Below, one piece after another: positions 37,441-51,111 of a stretch of 64,000 bases of DNA. The stretch covers positions 1,860,001 through 1,924,000 of the forward strand of contig OZ024743.1 in assembly GCA_964016885.1 (NCBI GenBank), given 5' to 3'. The DNA is from Eledone cirrhosa. Lineage: Eukaryota. Numbering within the stretch: the stretch's first letter is position 1; every line of letters starts with the position of its first letter. Position numbers and translations under genes: made by a program. The notes under the pieces were generated by a model that was not told the DNA's origin, ran no database searches, and worked only from the letters and a program-made list of their open reading frames with translations.

Positions 37441-40400
37441 TGTCAGATTATAGTCTAGACCATTTTAGTACACAACTATGAGATGCCCTCCACAGCCAAG
37501 AACACTGGGCAGATCAGGTGGCTGTTACAAAAACTGCATATTGAGACAGGACCCTTTGCCAGAGAGGAACTTCAGAGAGCAAAAAAAGAAGATAATGGAG
37601 GGCAAGGCCCATGGAGAAAATCGAGTGGCTACAGGTCATGTAGAGTTGTGATTTTCATATCTTGGAGTTCTGGAGAAACGAGTTGCCCTGAACCAGTGGA
37701 CGATCAGTAACTTCGTGCCACTGCCAAAGAAGGCAGATCTCTCTAACACCAACTACAGGGGGACCTCACTTGTGGCAAAGACCCTCAACAGGGTGTGATT
37801 CTTAAGAGAATCCAGCCCTACATGGACAAAAAGCTAAAACAACCACAACAGCTTCAGAGATAAAGATCAACCAACGGTCACATCCTGATGAAGATATTTG
37901 AGGGAGCTAAAGCAAATTGCCTATAATTCTGACGATCGTCACTGCCTGATCAAGATTTTTGTGGAATACAAAAGTATCACTGCTCTACACGAACACTAAA
38001 GCCAAAGTCATTACACCCGGTGGTTCTTCGAATTATTGGTTGGGAGTGCTCCAAGGAGCTACACCCATTCTTCAGTGGCTAAATACAGTCAAAGAAAAAT
38101 ATCAAAATTGCTCTTCTTTCTCAGAGAGTTAAGTCAGCGAAGGTAACACACCACTAACAAAATCCCCTCCTACAAAAATGGTTAATAACCAATCCAGCAG
38201 ATAAACGTAATTATATTAAGAAAAAAATTTCTTTTTAACAAAGGACAATTTTTACTGTTGAAGGCCTGTTTGTGGGCTTATGTAGGGTCGGGCATCTCAT
38301 AAATTCAGTATTTACGCAGAGTAATATAGATAAAAATACATCAACGACAAACACTATAGTCTCGCACTTTAAAGGATTCGCTTTTGCAATAAAACAGGGA
38401 ATCAATAAACTATCCGATTCCATAATATTTTATATTCTATTGGCATCTGCTTGGCAGCGAACTCCAACTGCTGGGCCTGCATTCTTCTCTCTCGTCTGTT
38501 ATGCTTGTACTTCATTGATTTTCACTGCAACAATCACCAATTACTCTTGTTTATTCTCGGGGATGTCTTTTCTACCCACTGCATTCTTCACTACATCATG
38601 CACATTTTCCACAGCTGCTCCACATCGGTCAAATTTTCAATCTTAATTCGGCACAATTTCAACATCTTTTGCCTGCATCATATTGTATTCAGTGAATTAG
38701 ATTTTCGTTTCCTATTCTTATATTGCAAAAACATATCCATAAAAGTGCGAGATAATATAGCGAGTGTTCATATATTTTGCTTATCTACATTATAATCACT
38801 CGACAGCTCCTTGGCAACATATCCATGCATGCATGTGTGTACTTATATATCGTAATTTAGATGTCTAGTCTTCAGCAGACACTTAGCACTGACCGAGACA
38901 ACCAGCCTTCACAATTCAGTTTTATCAAACAACTAAATTTCCTGCTAACAGGGAAAACAACTCTTATTTTTATTAAAAAATCAAAGAGTAATCTCCCTTT
39001 GCTAATTGAAATGTTGCATATACTTTTGTAGACGTATAAACACAAAAACACTACACACATGTGTACGTGTATACATACACAGACATATGTACACATACAT
39101 CACAATATACTACACCCCCGACTTACAGCCGGAACTTGCAACACCTACATCACAACTAAAGCGCAACTATTTCAACGCTGGCAATCGAGCTAAACTTATA
39201 AGAGCTACAACTAATAGTAAAAAGAAATAAAAATTAAGCTTTTTAATCAAACGAGTCTTAGGAAATATATAAAATATAACCGGTGGCAATGTAATCCATC
39301 TTAGCAATTAATTTTGTTGACAGACAACTCCTTTGGTAGGGTACCATGATCTGTCATCTGGTGGTGCCTAACCAAACTAGGTGTTGGGGAATGTCTTGTG
39401 AGGGCAGTGCAGGCTTTGTACAGAGGTGCTGTCAGTAACAGATGAGTTTAAAACTAGCTGTCCATGACGATCTGGTTCTTATAGCAGAATCAGTAAACAA
39501 GCTAAAGAAGAAATGCTGTCTATGGAAACAGTAGTTGGAAGCAAGAGGACATGCTCCCTATGTTGAAAAGGAGTTGGGATAAATTCTATAAAATATACGC
39601 AATGCACATCTGGGGTACTCACATATGTAGTGGGATAGCAAGCAAACAGGTAGTGAAAACTACATGTACAGAGAAATTTCACAGTAGAAGTGACAGTGAT
39701 AGAAACAGTTTTCAAATGAAGGTGGGTTCTATACAGATGAGCAGATTAGAAAGAGAGGAGGCTACTACGAGGCCATAATATCTACAATAAAGATGGGTTG
39801 GAAGAAGTGAGACATGGCCAGCAATTGCAGAGAATATGCCAAGGCTGGCAAAGAAATGAAGGAAGCATGCTCCGTTAGATGTTCGTCAACCATCAAGCAG
39901 AGATGAGTTGAGAGAGAAAATGGGTATGAGTTATGTGCAGGAGAGAAGAATAAGATGGTTTGCTGGGTAAACATGTGCCAAGTAATTCCAGTAGAAGGAA
40001 GACTAGGAAAAACATAGACGGGTGGTGAGAGCAGACCTCAAATCGCTAACGATCACCAACGAGGTGACCAACGACCGGTATAAGTGGAGAGGCGGTGCTC
40101 AATAGTACATGTCCCACACTTGAAAGCGAACATATGATTATGAAGATGACTGTGCAAATGTTTCCTTATTTCTGCATAGAAAGTATACATCATATTCAAC
40201 AAACGCTATATTGTCTTTAGCTTTCAACAATACCATTTCGCAATAAAACATGAAATAAGAACAAACTGATTCTCTAATATTTAATATTATATTGGCATCT
40301 GCTTCACTGCTTAACTCCGACTGCTGGGTCTGCATTCTTGTCTCGTCTGTTATGCTTGCACTTCGTTGCTTTTCACAGGAACAATCAACAACTACTCTTT

Positions 40401-41769
40401 CTAACTCTTAAAACCTTGCTCTAGCTTCAAATGTTCACTCTCGGGGATGTCTTTCCTACGGAATGCATTCTTCACTCTTTTCGACACATCTTTCCAGTTT
40501 CTTCACATCGGTCACATCTTCAATCTTCAATCTGCACAATTTCCACTTCTTTTCACATCTAGGTCTTTCTATTCTATTCTATACATCAGTTAGTCTTAGT
40601 TTCAAGTTCTTATCTTGTAAAATAATATCTTTCAACATGGGAGACAATATAGCACTTGTTGCTGAAGATAGACTTTTATCATCTATATTATTCTCTCTCC
40701 AGCTACCAGTTAACATATCCATGCATAATATTTGCATGTGTGTCGTCATGTGTGGATATTTGAGAAAAAGATAATGATAAAAAGATATATACATGGATTA
40801 GGAGAGTCACTTGGTGGTAGAACAATATGGTAGATGAGGCAATTAAGGCTAAGAGACAGGCATGGAAAGAATGGAAAAACAGGGCACATTACAGAGAGAC
40901 CAGGAGCGAAGCTAGGCGACAAGTATACTTAGCTAGAAGGGAGGTAGAGGATAGGAATTTCAAGCATCTTTTGCAACACGAGGAACAGAAACAGGTGTTC
41001 GAGATTACGAGGCAGTGTGTCAGAGAGAATTGTGATGTCATTGGACAAAAGTGTATCCAGAATGATAAAGGTCAGATTGCACTCACAATTTCTGAGGAGA
41101 TGCATGGAAGAGCCAGTATGAAAGATTACTAAATGGGGAGAATGCATGGGAAAAAGATACCATACCCAAAGTGAACCCTATAGAGGGGCTAGCAGAACAA
41201 GTCAGCAGCAATATAGTATGACAATCAAAGATATGAAGACGGGGAAGGCAACCGGTCCATTGGGTATAGTTGCCGAGATGCTCAAGGCATCTGGGTCAGT
41301 AGATCAGACCATAACCACAAGTAATGTTAACTAGATAATACTAAACGATTCGTGCAGCAGCATCATGGTCAACTGATACAAAGGTAAAGGTGATGCACTA
41401 GATAGAGGAAACTAGAGAGGTATAAAGCTGATGGACCAGATCATGAAAGTAACGTAAAGAGTTATAGCACAGTTGATTAGTACCTAGCTAAAAGTAAGCC
41501 ACTCTACCTGGCATTTGTCGAAATGGAAAAAGCCTTCGACAGAGTCCACCATGCTATAATACGGTCGGCTCTTGGAAAATTAAAAGTAGATGAATGGCTT
41601 ATGAGGGCTGTACAAGCCATGTATAAAGAAACAATCAGCAAAGTTAGGGTTATCAATGATTAGAGCGAGGAATTTAGCATGCAGGTCCGTGTACACCAGG
41701 GCTGTTCTTAGCCCTCTCCTTTTTATCATAGTCCTGCAGGCAATAACAGGAATTTAAAACCGGATATCA

Positions 41770-43255
41770 GCTTATAGTTCTACCAAGGGAGACAGTGATG
41801 TGAATGCAGAGGAATTTCATGAGATGTGTAGAGCTGTCAACACCACACAAGCTCAAAACATCATTCTTCTGAGGGACTTCTATGCACATCTGAGTAAGGA
41901 GAGCAGTGAAGATCCGCGCTGGTAATTCCCTAACACCAACCGAAATGGAAGACTACCGACAGATGCCATGCTGGATGCAAACTTGATGGCAACCAACCTA
42001 ACGTTAAGGAAGAATCCAGAAAAGATGTGGACCAAGACCTAGATTGATTTCTTTCTGGTGAGGAAAAAGCAGCGCAATAGTGTTCTCAACACAGAACCAT
42101 ACAACTATTTCAGTACACTGGGACAGTGGACACATGCTTGTTATGAGTGAGGTCCGGGTGAGCTTAAGAAAGAGCAAGGCTACACCAACAGTATAATCTA
42201 TGACTGGGGAACTTTCAATGAACATAAGCTACAGAAGAGGTTCACAGGAGAAGTGAGCAACAGGTTCAGTGCTCTTTGTAGAGAGTTTGACAAAGAGGTA
42301 TGGCTACTTGAACAATGCAGTAGCAGAAGCAAGTGAGACACTGATGCTGAGGAGAAAGAAGAAGAAGCATGTCAGTTCTGCAGACCCAAAGGTGTGTGCA
42401 GCCTGCCAAGGACCAATTCTGTGCTGATCCTATGGAGAGGATGGACACAGTGGAGGTGATGAGGGAAGCACTCTGTACCGCTTACACTGACGCCAGAGAG
42501 GAGGCACTAAAAGTGTTAAGAGAACGGTTGACAGTTGGATGATCAACGAGATCACATGGAGGAAAGGTCAGATCAAGGAAACAGATCCAGAGGATAGGAA
42601 AAAGGAAATGGCTGGACCATTTTAGAACACAACTATGAGATGCCCTCCACAGCCAAGAACACTGGGCAGATCAGGTGGCTGTTACAATAACTGGATATTG
42701 AGACAGGACCCTTTGCCAGAGAGGAGCTTCAGAGAGCAAAAAAAGAAGATAAAGGAGGGCAAGGCCCATGGAGAAAATCGAGTGGCATCAGGTCATGTAG
42801 AGTTGTGATTTTCATATCTTGGAGATCTGTAAAAAGGGACTGGAGAAACGAGTTGCCCTGAACAAGTGGACGATCAGTAACTTCGTGCCACTGCCAAAGA
42901 AGGCAGATCTCTCTAACAGAAACAACTACAGGGGGACATCACTTGTGGCAAAGACCCTCAACAGGATGATTCTAAAGAGAATCCAGCCCTGCATGGACAA
43001 AAAGCTCAAACAACCACAACAGCTTCAGAGATAAAGATCAACCAACGGTCACATCCTGATGCTGAGGAAGATATTTGAGGGAGCTAAAGCAAATTGCCTA
43101 TAATTCTGTCGATCGTCACTACCTGATCAAGATCTTGTGGAATACAAAAGTATCACTGCTCTACACGAACACTAAAGCCAAAGTCATTACACCCGATGGT
43201 TCTTCGAATTATTGGTTGGAGTGCTCCAAGGAGCTACACCCATTCTTCAGTGGCT
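41770..43255 (+). pseudogene. Second RTE-like LINE remnant (endonuclease-linker-RT start), shorter paralog at ~37450-38080
   Basis: IILLRDFYAHL, PNTNRNGRL, IDFFLVRK and NFVPLPKKADLSNRNNYRGTSLVAKTLNRMILKRI. Confidence 0.8.
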
Positions 43256-44896
43256 AAATACAGTCAAAGAAAAATATAATTGCTTTTCTTTCTCAGAGAG
43301 TTAAGTCAGCGAAGGTAACACACCACTAACAAAATCCCCTCTCCTACTAAAATGGTCAATGACCAATCCAGCAGATAAACAATTATATTAAGAAAAAAAA
43401 TTTCTTTTTAAACAAAGGCCAATTACATATTTACTGTTGAAGGCCTGTTTGTGGGCTTATGTAGAGTAATATAGATATAAATACATCAACGACAAACACT
43501 ATATTGTTTCGCACTTTAAAGGATTCGCTTTTGCAATAAAACAGGGAATCGACATTATCCGATTCCCTAATATTTCATATTATATTGGCATCTGCTTGGC
43601 AGCGAACTCCAACTGCTGGGCCTGCATTCTTCTCTCTTGTCCGTTATGCTTGTACTTCATTGATTTTCACTGCAACAATCACCAACTACTCTTTCTATGT
43701 TTATTCTCGGGGATGTCTTTTCTACCCACTGCATTCTTCACTACATCATGCCAACTTTCTACAGCTGCTTCACATCGGTCACATCTACGATCTTAATTCT
43801 GAACAATTACCATAAATATATATTTTGTCTGCATCAATCAGTTTGTCTTCGTTTCCTATTCTTATATTGCAAAAGCGTATCCAAAAAAAACAAAAAAAAA
43901 AACAATATAGCGTTTCCTCACCGTAACTATATTACTTTCACTCTCCAGCTTCCTGGTAACATAACCATATATTAAGTTTTAATGCATGTGCCTACTTTTA
44001 TACCGTAATTTCTGTCTATATTTATGAGGAAAGAGGATAGATATTGACAAGATGATATAAATATATATAGCTATTCAGTTTTATATATACCCCCCCCCCC
44101 CCCACACACACACACATACACACACACACAACCACAAACTAAAACTAAACCCAAATAATTCATCTAGAAATTAATGAACCCCGTCGTATCTGCTTCGAAA
44201 TGATATTCAAACAAATAGAAACTAAAACTTACTATATCACTAACGTGCTGCATTAAATAGACATGAAAAAACACCCGTCTCAATTTTACGATGAAAACCG
44301 ATATAATAAATTAAGCTTAAGCTTAATTAGTAAAGTAGTCTTCAGCAGAAACAGACAAGGCATAAATTCAATGACAGTTTTATCAAACAACAAAATTTCT
44401 GGCTAAAACGGAAAATAAAATATTTTTATTAAAATATACTAGAGTAATTTCCCTTTGCTAATTAGAATGTTGCATAAACAGATTTCTACGGTGATATAAA
44501 CACAAACCCGATACACACCAACATATATATTATATTGTATTTATATATTATATATATACATGTGTATATAGTAGACATTTATTACAAATACACACATAAT
44601 ACAGACACATACTACACACACATAATACACATATAATACAGATAATACACACATATAATACACACATATAATACAGATAATACACACATAATACGCACAG
44701 ATAATACACACATAATACAGAGATAATACGCACAAATAGACACCTAATAGACACATAATACACACAATACATACACATACACACATAATATACACACACA
44801 CACATAATATATAGTAATAATAAATTTGAAAACTAAAATTAAAAAAGGGCTCGATATGGATACATATATATCAAATATATAAGAACCGTACAGCAA

Positions 44897-45043
44897 ATAT
44901 ATATTAAAATAACAGATTAAAGTTTAAGCAAAGAATCGCTGCTTTCAACCTTAACGGGATCTTAAATGAATTTCAGAAGATCCCGTTAAGGGTGAAAGCA
45001 GCGATTCTTTGCTTAAACTTTAATCGATTATTTTAATATATAT
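44897..45043. repeat. ~67-bp-arm inverted repeat, single arm also at 55968-56037
   Basis: gattaaagtttaagcaaagaatcgctgctttca.ccttaacgggatctt followed by its reverse complement, adjoining (TA)n. Confidence 0.85.
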
Positions 45044-45645
45044 ATATTTATATATATTTATATATATTTATATATATATATATAAATATATATATATATA
45101 AATATATATATATAAATATATATATATAAATATATAAATATATATAAATATATATATATAAATATAAATATATATATAAATATATATAAATATATAAATA
45201 TATATAAATATATATAAATATATAAATATATATATATAAATATAAATATATATATATAAATATATATATATAAATATAAATATATATATATAAATATATA
45301 TATATAAATATAAATATATATATATAAATATATATATATAAATATAAATATATATATATAAATATATATATATAAATATAAATATATATATATAAATATA
45401 TATATATAAATATAAATATATATATATAAATATATATATATAAATATAAATATATATATATAAATATAAATATATAAATATATATATATATATAAATATA
45501 AATATATAAATATATATATAAATATAAATATATAAATATATAAATATATATAAATATAAATATATAAATATATATATATAAATATATATATATAAATATA
45601 TATATATAAATATATAAATATATATATAAATATATAAATATATAA

Positions 45646-45706
<61 letters not shown>

Positions 45707-45779
45707 AATATATATATATAAATATATATATAAATATATATAAATATATATATAAATATATATATAAATATATATATAA

Positions 45780-45832
<53 letters not shown>

Positions 45833-45852
45833 CACACACACGTTTCATAAGC

Positions 45853-45918
<66 letters not shown>
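45044..45918. repeat. Long AT-rich simple repeat ((TA)n interrupted by extra A)
   Basis: About 790 bp with no G or C, then a further (TA)n run. Confidence 0.97.
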
Positions 45919-45922
<4 letters not shown>

Positions 45923-46629
45923 TTAAAAAAATTGGTTGGCTGGTTTAACCTAACGTAAAAAAATAAATAAAAAAATTCTATCCAAAAATGAGAGCTTTGT
46001 GGCAGAGAAGGAATTGAACAGGGACAAATTTTTAGGAGAATCTGGAATAAAAATATTCTAATGGTGCATTTTATATTTTATATTCTCTAAATTACAAGTG
46101 AACAAAATTAACGTTAATCTAACTATAACGTATTACTGCTACTTTATTGGATAAACAATACTGAGTCAGCTTTTATAAGTCTTTTGAAAACCGAGAACAG
46201 AGACAATACCAACCATGTGAATTCAACAGATTTTTCCAGATAAATCTTAAAAAACAATTTTTACCCCCCTACCCCCCCCACATAATCTCATCAACACACA
46301 TATTATACATATATATACATATATATCTTTCATTTTCTCCCTTAATCACTAGCAAATACCAACTCCTCCAGTTCTAAAAATAGAAAATTCTTCCAGAAAG
46401 ATAGACAGAGAAAAATGAGAGAAGAGAGGAACCCAGTATTTGACTGGTACTTTTATTCAGAAAAAGATAATTGCGAGAAAACTATAGATAGGAAGAATTC
46501 ACCCCAGCATTTCACTGGTACTTTTTTTTATCCAACGGAAGGAAGAAAGGCAAAGTTGACCTTGGCAGGATTTAAACTCAGAGAGCATAGAAATAAAAAC
46601 GAATACTCCAAGGTATTCGAATAACTGCA

Positions 46630-46661
<32 letters not shown>

Positions 46662-47351
46662 ACAATTGTATATATATGTGTGTGTGTATATACAACAATA
46701 TGATGAAATTAATTAAATCGAAAATGTTACCCCGATTAAAATACAAAAACATAACTATAAAAGCTTTTTTTTTTAAAGAAATTAATTGAATTGAATTTTT
46801 TTTAAAGAAATAAATGAAATTGAACTTTTTTTTTTAAAGAAATAAGTTAAATTGAATTCTTTTTTTTTAAAGAAATATAAATTAAATTTTTTTTTTTTTT
46901 AAAATAAATTAAATATAAATCTGACTGACCTGTGGGACTTTTCTTCTCAGTCCCAGGAGTGAACGCTGTGGTTGGTTTTCGGCGTATCTCTGAGCAGCCC
47001 TAAAAAAGGGCTTAACGCATACCCACGTTGAAAGGACGCATGAGAATACTGTGTAGTCATCTTTCAAAATCAGTGGCTGAAATGAAAAATATGAAAAACG
47101 GGACTTGTATTTATAAGGAAAACAAAGTGACAGTAACTCACACATACTCACTCACGCACACACACACACACATGTATCTATGTATGTATGTATGTATGTG
47201 GTTTTGCCGCCAAAAGATTAGCAAAGTTTGTGAGTGTGTATGTGTGTATGTGTGTAACAACAACAACAACAACAACCGAACAATAGAAACAAATAATAAA
47301 ACAAAATTTATTATTCTATGAAGAAATTTAATATTTTGATCAAACAATGTG

Positions 47352-47388
<37 letters not shown>

Positions 47389-47478
47389 AAGATGTATGAC
47401 CCCGACGGCAGAGCTCAAGCCGTTTCGACGGCTATCTCTGGTGCATTATGGTCCATCTGGTTCCTTAACACAACTCCG

Positions 47479-47560
<82 letters not shown>

Positions 47561-47691
47561 AGAAGTTGTATTTAATTTGTTGGAAGTCCGACAAACAAAT
47601 GTTTATAACTGATTTAGAGCACTCAACAGTTTACTGGAGTAAATATTTCGTGATATTAAATAAATGGAAACTATATTTATAAAACCATATT

Positions 47692-47756
47692 TATTTTATT
47701 ATATATATTTCAAGGCCAACCAAGACAAGCTTGGTGCACTTTCATCAAATAAAATA
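47692..47756 (-). ncRNA. Minimal type I hammerhead (Penelope-type) with a C3U core change
   Basis: Minus strand UAUUUUAU-UUGAUGA-AAG..ACCAAG/CUUGGU..CUU-GAAA-UAUAUA-UA/-AUAAAAUA. The flank 47560-47712 is homologous to 14655-14805. Confidence 0.6.
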
Positions 47757-47835
47757 CAAAAGTTTATTTTGCTTTCCAACCGATAAGATTTGCCTTTCAT
47801 GGATACGTCTTTATTGATATATATATATCTATATA

Positions 47836-47867
<32 letters not shown>

Positions 47868-47957
47868 GAAAAATATATTAAAGGCGGTACCCCAGCATGA
47901 CCTCAGCAAAATGGCTGGGACAAGTAAAAGAGTAAAACAATATACATATATATAATA

Positions 47958-48745
47958 CTAGCAGTGGTACCCGGCGTTGCACGGGATAAGTTATTTTGAC
48001 CTAATCGTAGAAAAACTGCATGCCTGGACAATATGTAAAGAAAATAAACCGAATGCTCTGATGCAATTAGTATTAGGTATGCTTTTCCTTCCACGTGAAG
48101 AAAATCGGCTTAATAAAGTGGCAGGAGTCAGCAGGACAGATGTCACCACTTATATCAGAGGGAAGTCTGCAATGCTTGAGCAAGGCATGACGTGCAATCG
48201 GACAGCATATGGAGCCTTCTCGAACCAGTCCACCGCACCTTCACAAACGTTTACCAAACAGTGGGTATAATTTAACAATTTTACAGAGGAGTGGTGCAAT
48301 AAAATGGGCCTTGAGGCGTGTGCGTGTTCACTCGCCGCCCCAAACCAAAGGGTCGCCATCAGTTATTTCAAGGGCCCTTATAATGGATTTGTAAGCCGTT
48401 CACTGACACTCCAGTAACTACGGGTAACAATCAACAATTTCAAGTGGTGGCCATAAAAAGGGCCATGTGAACGTTCTCTTAATAGTAACTTTCACTGCGT
48501 TCTCTGACATTTGGAGGGTGTTACGGTTGCTTCCACTGGTAGCCTTTACAATGAATCAATGCGTTTGCGGCCCATTTAACAGCCATACATTGACGCGCCG
48601 AGTGCGATGCAGACAGCTAGACATACAGACATATTATAAGGGCGCGGTGTAAAGTTTGAAAACAGTCGGTTGGGTGCTTCTCGAGGTTTAGGGATTCAAA
48701 CTCACACAGACATCCTTAGTTTTATATATATATATATATATATAT
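47958..48745 (-). mobile_element. Non-autonomous Helitron with a different internal cargo
   Basis: 3' end tatcccgtgcaacgccgggtaccactgCTAG|T. The 5' ~100 bp match the 33016-33637 element. Confidence 0.78.
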
Positions 48746-49059
48746 ACCATATGATACGTTCTACCTTGCAATCCACAATGACAAGAAACCTTGTAAATAC
48801 AATGTCGATCATATCACACCATCTCCACCACCACACCACACATCGTCATGTGCATACCATACACGCCTACATCCTCATCCCCCCATGTTCCCTCTATCTA
48901 CCCTAACTTGCAACCCCACGTTAAATTCGATCCTGTAACTGTACTGTCGCACGCACACACGACCACCGCCACCACTAAATACATCCACATACTTCAACAA
49001 TCATCATCAACACATATCACTCGATCCCAAATCGACTGTATTATATACCCCCCAGGGTG

Positions 49060-49245
49060 GGGGGTTGGCAGTCTCGGTAGAGGGTCGGACGCCATGCTTT
49101 CAAACATAGTTACGTCCCTTTACGATCTGAGTTCAAATCCCGCCTAGGTTGACTTTGCCTTTCATCCTTACGGGGGTCGATAAAATAAAGTACCAGTAAT
49201 ACACTGGCTATTTGCTGGCCTTGTGCCTAAAGTAGAAACAATTAT
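49060..49245 (+). mobile_element. Nin/Deu-core SINE
   Basis: Near-consensus copy flanked by an attatatacccccca direct repeat, probably a TSD. Confidence 0.88.
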
Positions 49246-49846
49246 ATACCCCCACCCCCCGTATGCCTACCATATAACACACCGTAACCTCTGATCATGT
49301 AATCATCTTGCCGAACATATCACCCCAGCACCACCACCATCACCATGTCCACAACACACATGGCCGTACGTCCATAAACGCTTTTCCCCCCGCGTTCCCT
49401 ATCTCACCTCTTAACCGGTATTCGATCCGGTATATATATTTTTGTCCCTCACAACTCCATCCACCACCACCACCACAAAACACAACTCCATACTTCACCA
49501 ACACCGACAAAACATACCTCCAACCAACAATAGTGTGTGTGTCTGTGTGCAAGTATTTTACTCATACGGGCGTTTTAAGTGTGCGTGCGTGTACGCAAAT
49601 TTATCTGTATGTGTGTGTGTGTGTGTATGTGAACACATGTATATACATATGTCTATGTGTGTGTATATATATATATATCTGTATATATATATATGTGTAT
49701 GCATATGTGTATGTGTGTGTATATATGTATGTGTGTGTATGTGTACGTCTACATATATGTATATGGGTAAATCTGACTATGTGTAGGTGAGCTCATATAT
49801 GTGCATGTATGTATATATGTGCGTGTATGTGTGTGTTGTCGGTACA

Positions 49847-49909
<63 letters not shown>

Positions 49910-51111
49910 GTGTGTGAGTATACGTGTGTGGGAGTGTGTATGTGTATATCTTGCATACATGAGTGTGAGTCCTTCCCCCCATCTCTGTCGTTCGCCACCC
50001 CCACCGATACTCCACCACTCTCCATATTCGTGTCCGCATGCGCGCATGCACATACATGTGTGTACATATACATATGGCTGTGTGTGAGCGTATGCCGATA
50101 TGTGTGGGCAAGGATGTGCGTATGTGTCTTATGTTGTGTGTGTTTATACAACAATATATGTGCACATATATACATATATGTGTGTACGTATACGTATATA
50201 CAAGATATCTGTCAGACGAAGAGCGTCTATGTATCTATGTAAGGTCCTGACGCCACCAATACATCCACCACACCACCAAAAACGCCGCTACCATAGACAA
50301 AGGCGCCACTACCACACGCCAGCCCGTCTACAGACAGTTCACTAACCTCACACCACAACCCATCCCACTAAATAACCTTAACCACCACCATATCTTCACA
50401 TCCACACCAACATACTCGACACGCCAAGGCCAACCCACCACCACACCACAGCCCACCTCATCCACAGACCGTCACCAACATCTCACCATCACACCCACCC
50501 CCCATATACACTACAGGCCAGTACATCGCCTTGATCCTTCTCACCAATCAAAACATCTCATTTTGTCAAACTCTTGAAACTCTGACTTTACCACATAGCA
50601 TGTATTTCATTTTCTTATAGCATTTTAAGAGGGTCCGTCGAGCTGCCGATTATTGAGTCGGGTAGGATCGATATAGATCGAACCTTGAGCTGATCAGTGG
50701 CGAAACGCGCGTCAAATATCAATAAATGCAATGAAGGAATAATCAACACTACAACTACCATCATGAAAATTGCCAATGGTGTCAGAAAATATATATATCT
50801 CTGTATTGAGTATGAGGGGTGGGGGAGATTACGGCTGTCATCTCATTTTCTTTCATCAAGGCTAAGTCATGTCGGGTTTGAAAACGTAATTCAAATGATG
50901 GCGGTGGTAGCGAGTGTTGTTGGTGTGGTGGTTTGGTGGCGGTGTGGTGTCGTAGTGGTGGCGTAGTGGTGGTGAAATATAAACCACGTGGAGTGGAACA
51001 AATATAATGAAATAAATAAATATATATATACAAATACATACATACATACACACATACATACATACATACATACACACACACATACATACACACATACACA
51101 CATACATGTAG

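Larger units (their letters stand above)
33900..44520. repeat. Subtelomeric tandem segmental duplication: unit A ~33900-38300, unit B ~38320-43460, partial unit C ~43460-44520
   Basis: Collinear matches such as 36411/40827, 35653/40138, 34456/38872 and 38250/43430. Unit B has ~0.85 kb extra. Confidence 0.9.

Noticed and set aside
45048-45848. ~260-aa Ile/Tyr ORFs in three frames
   Set aside because: They come from an AT-only simple repeat.
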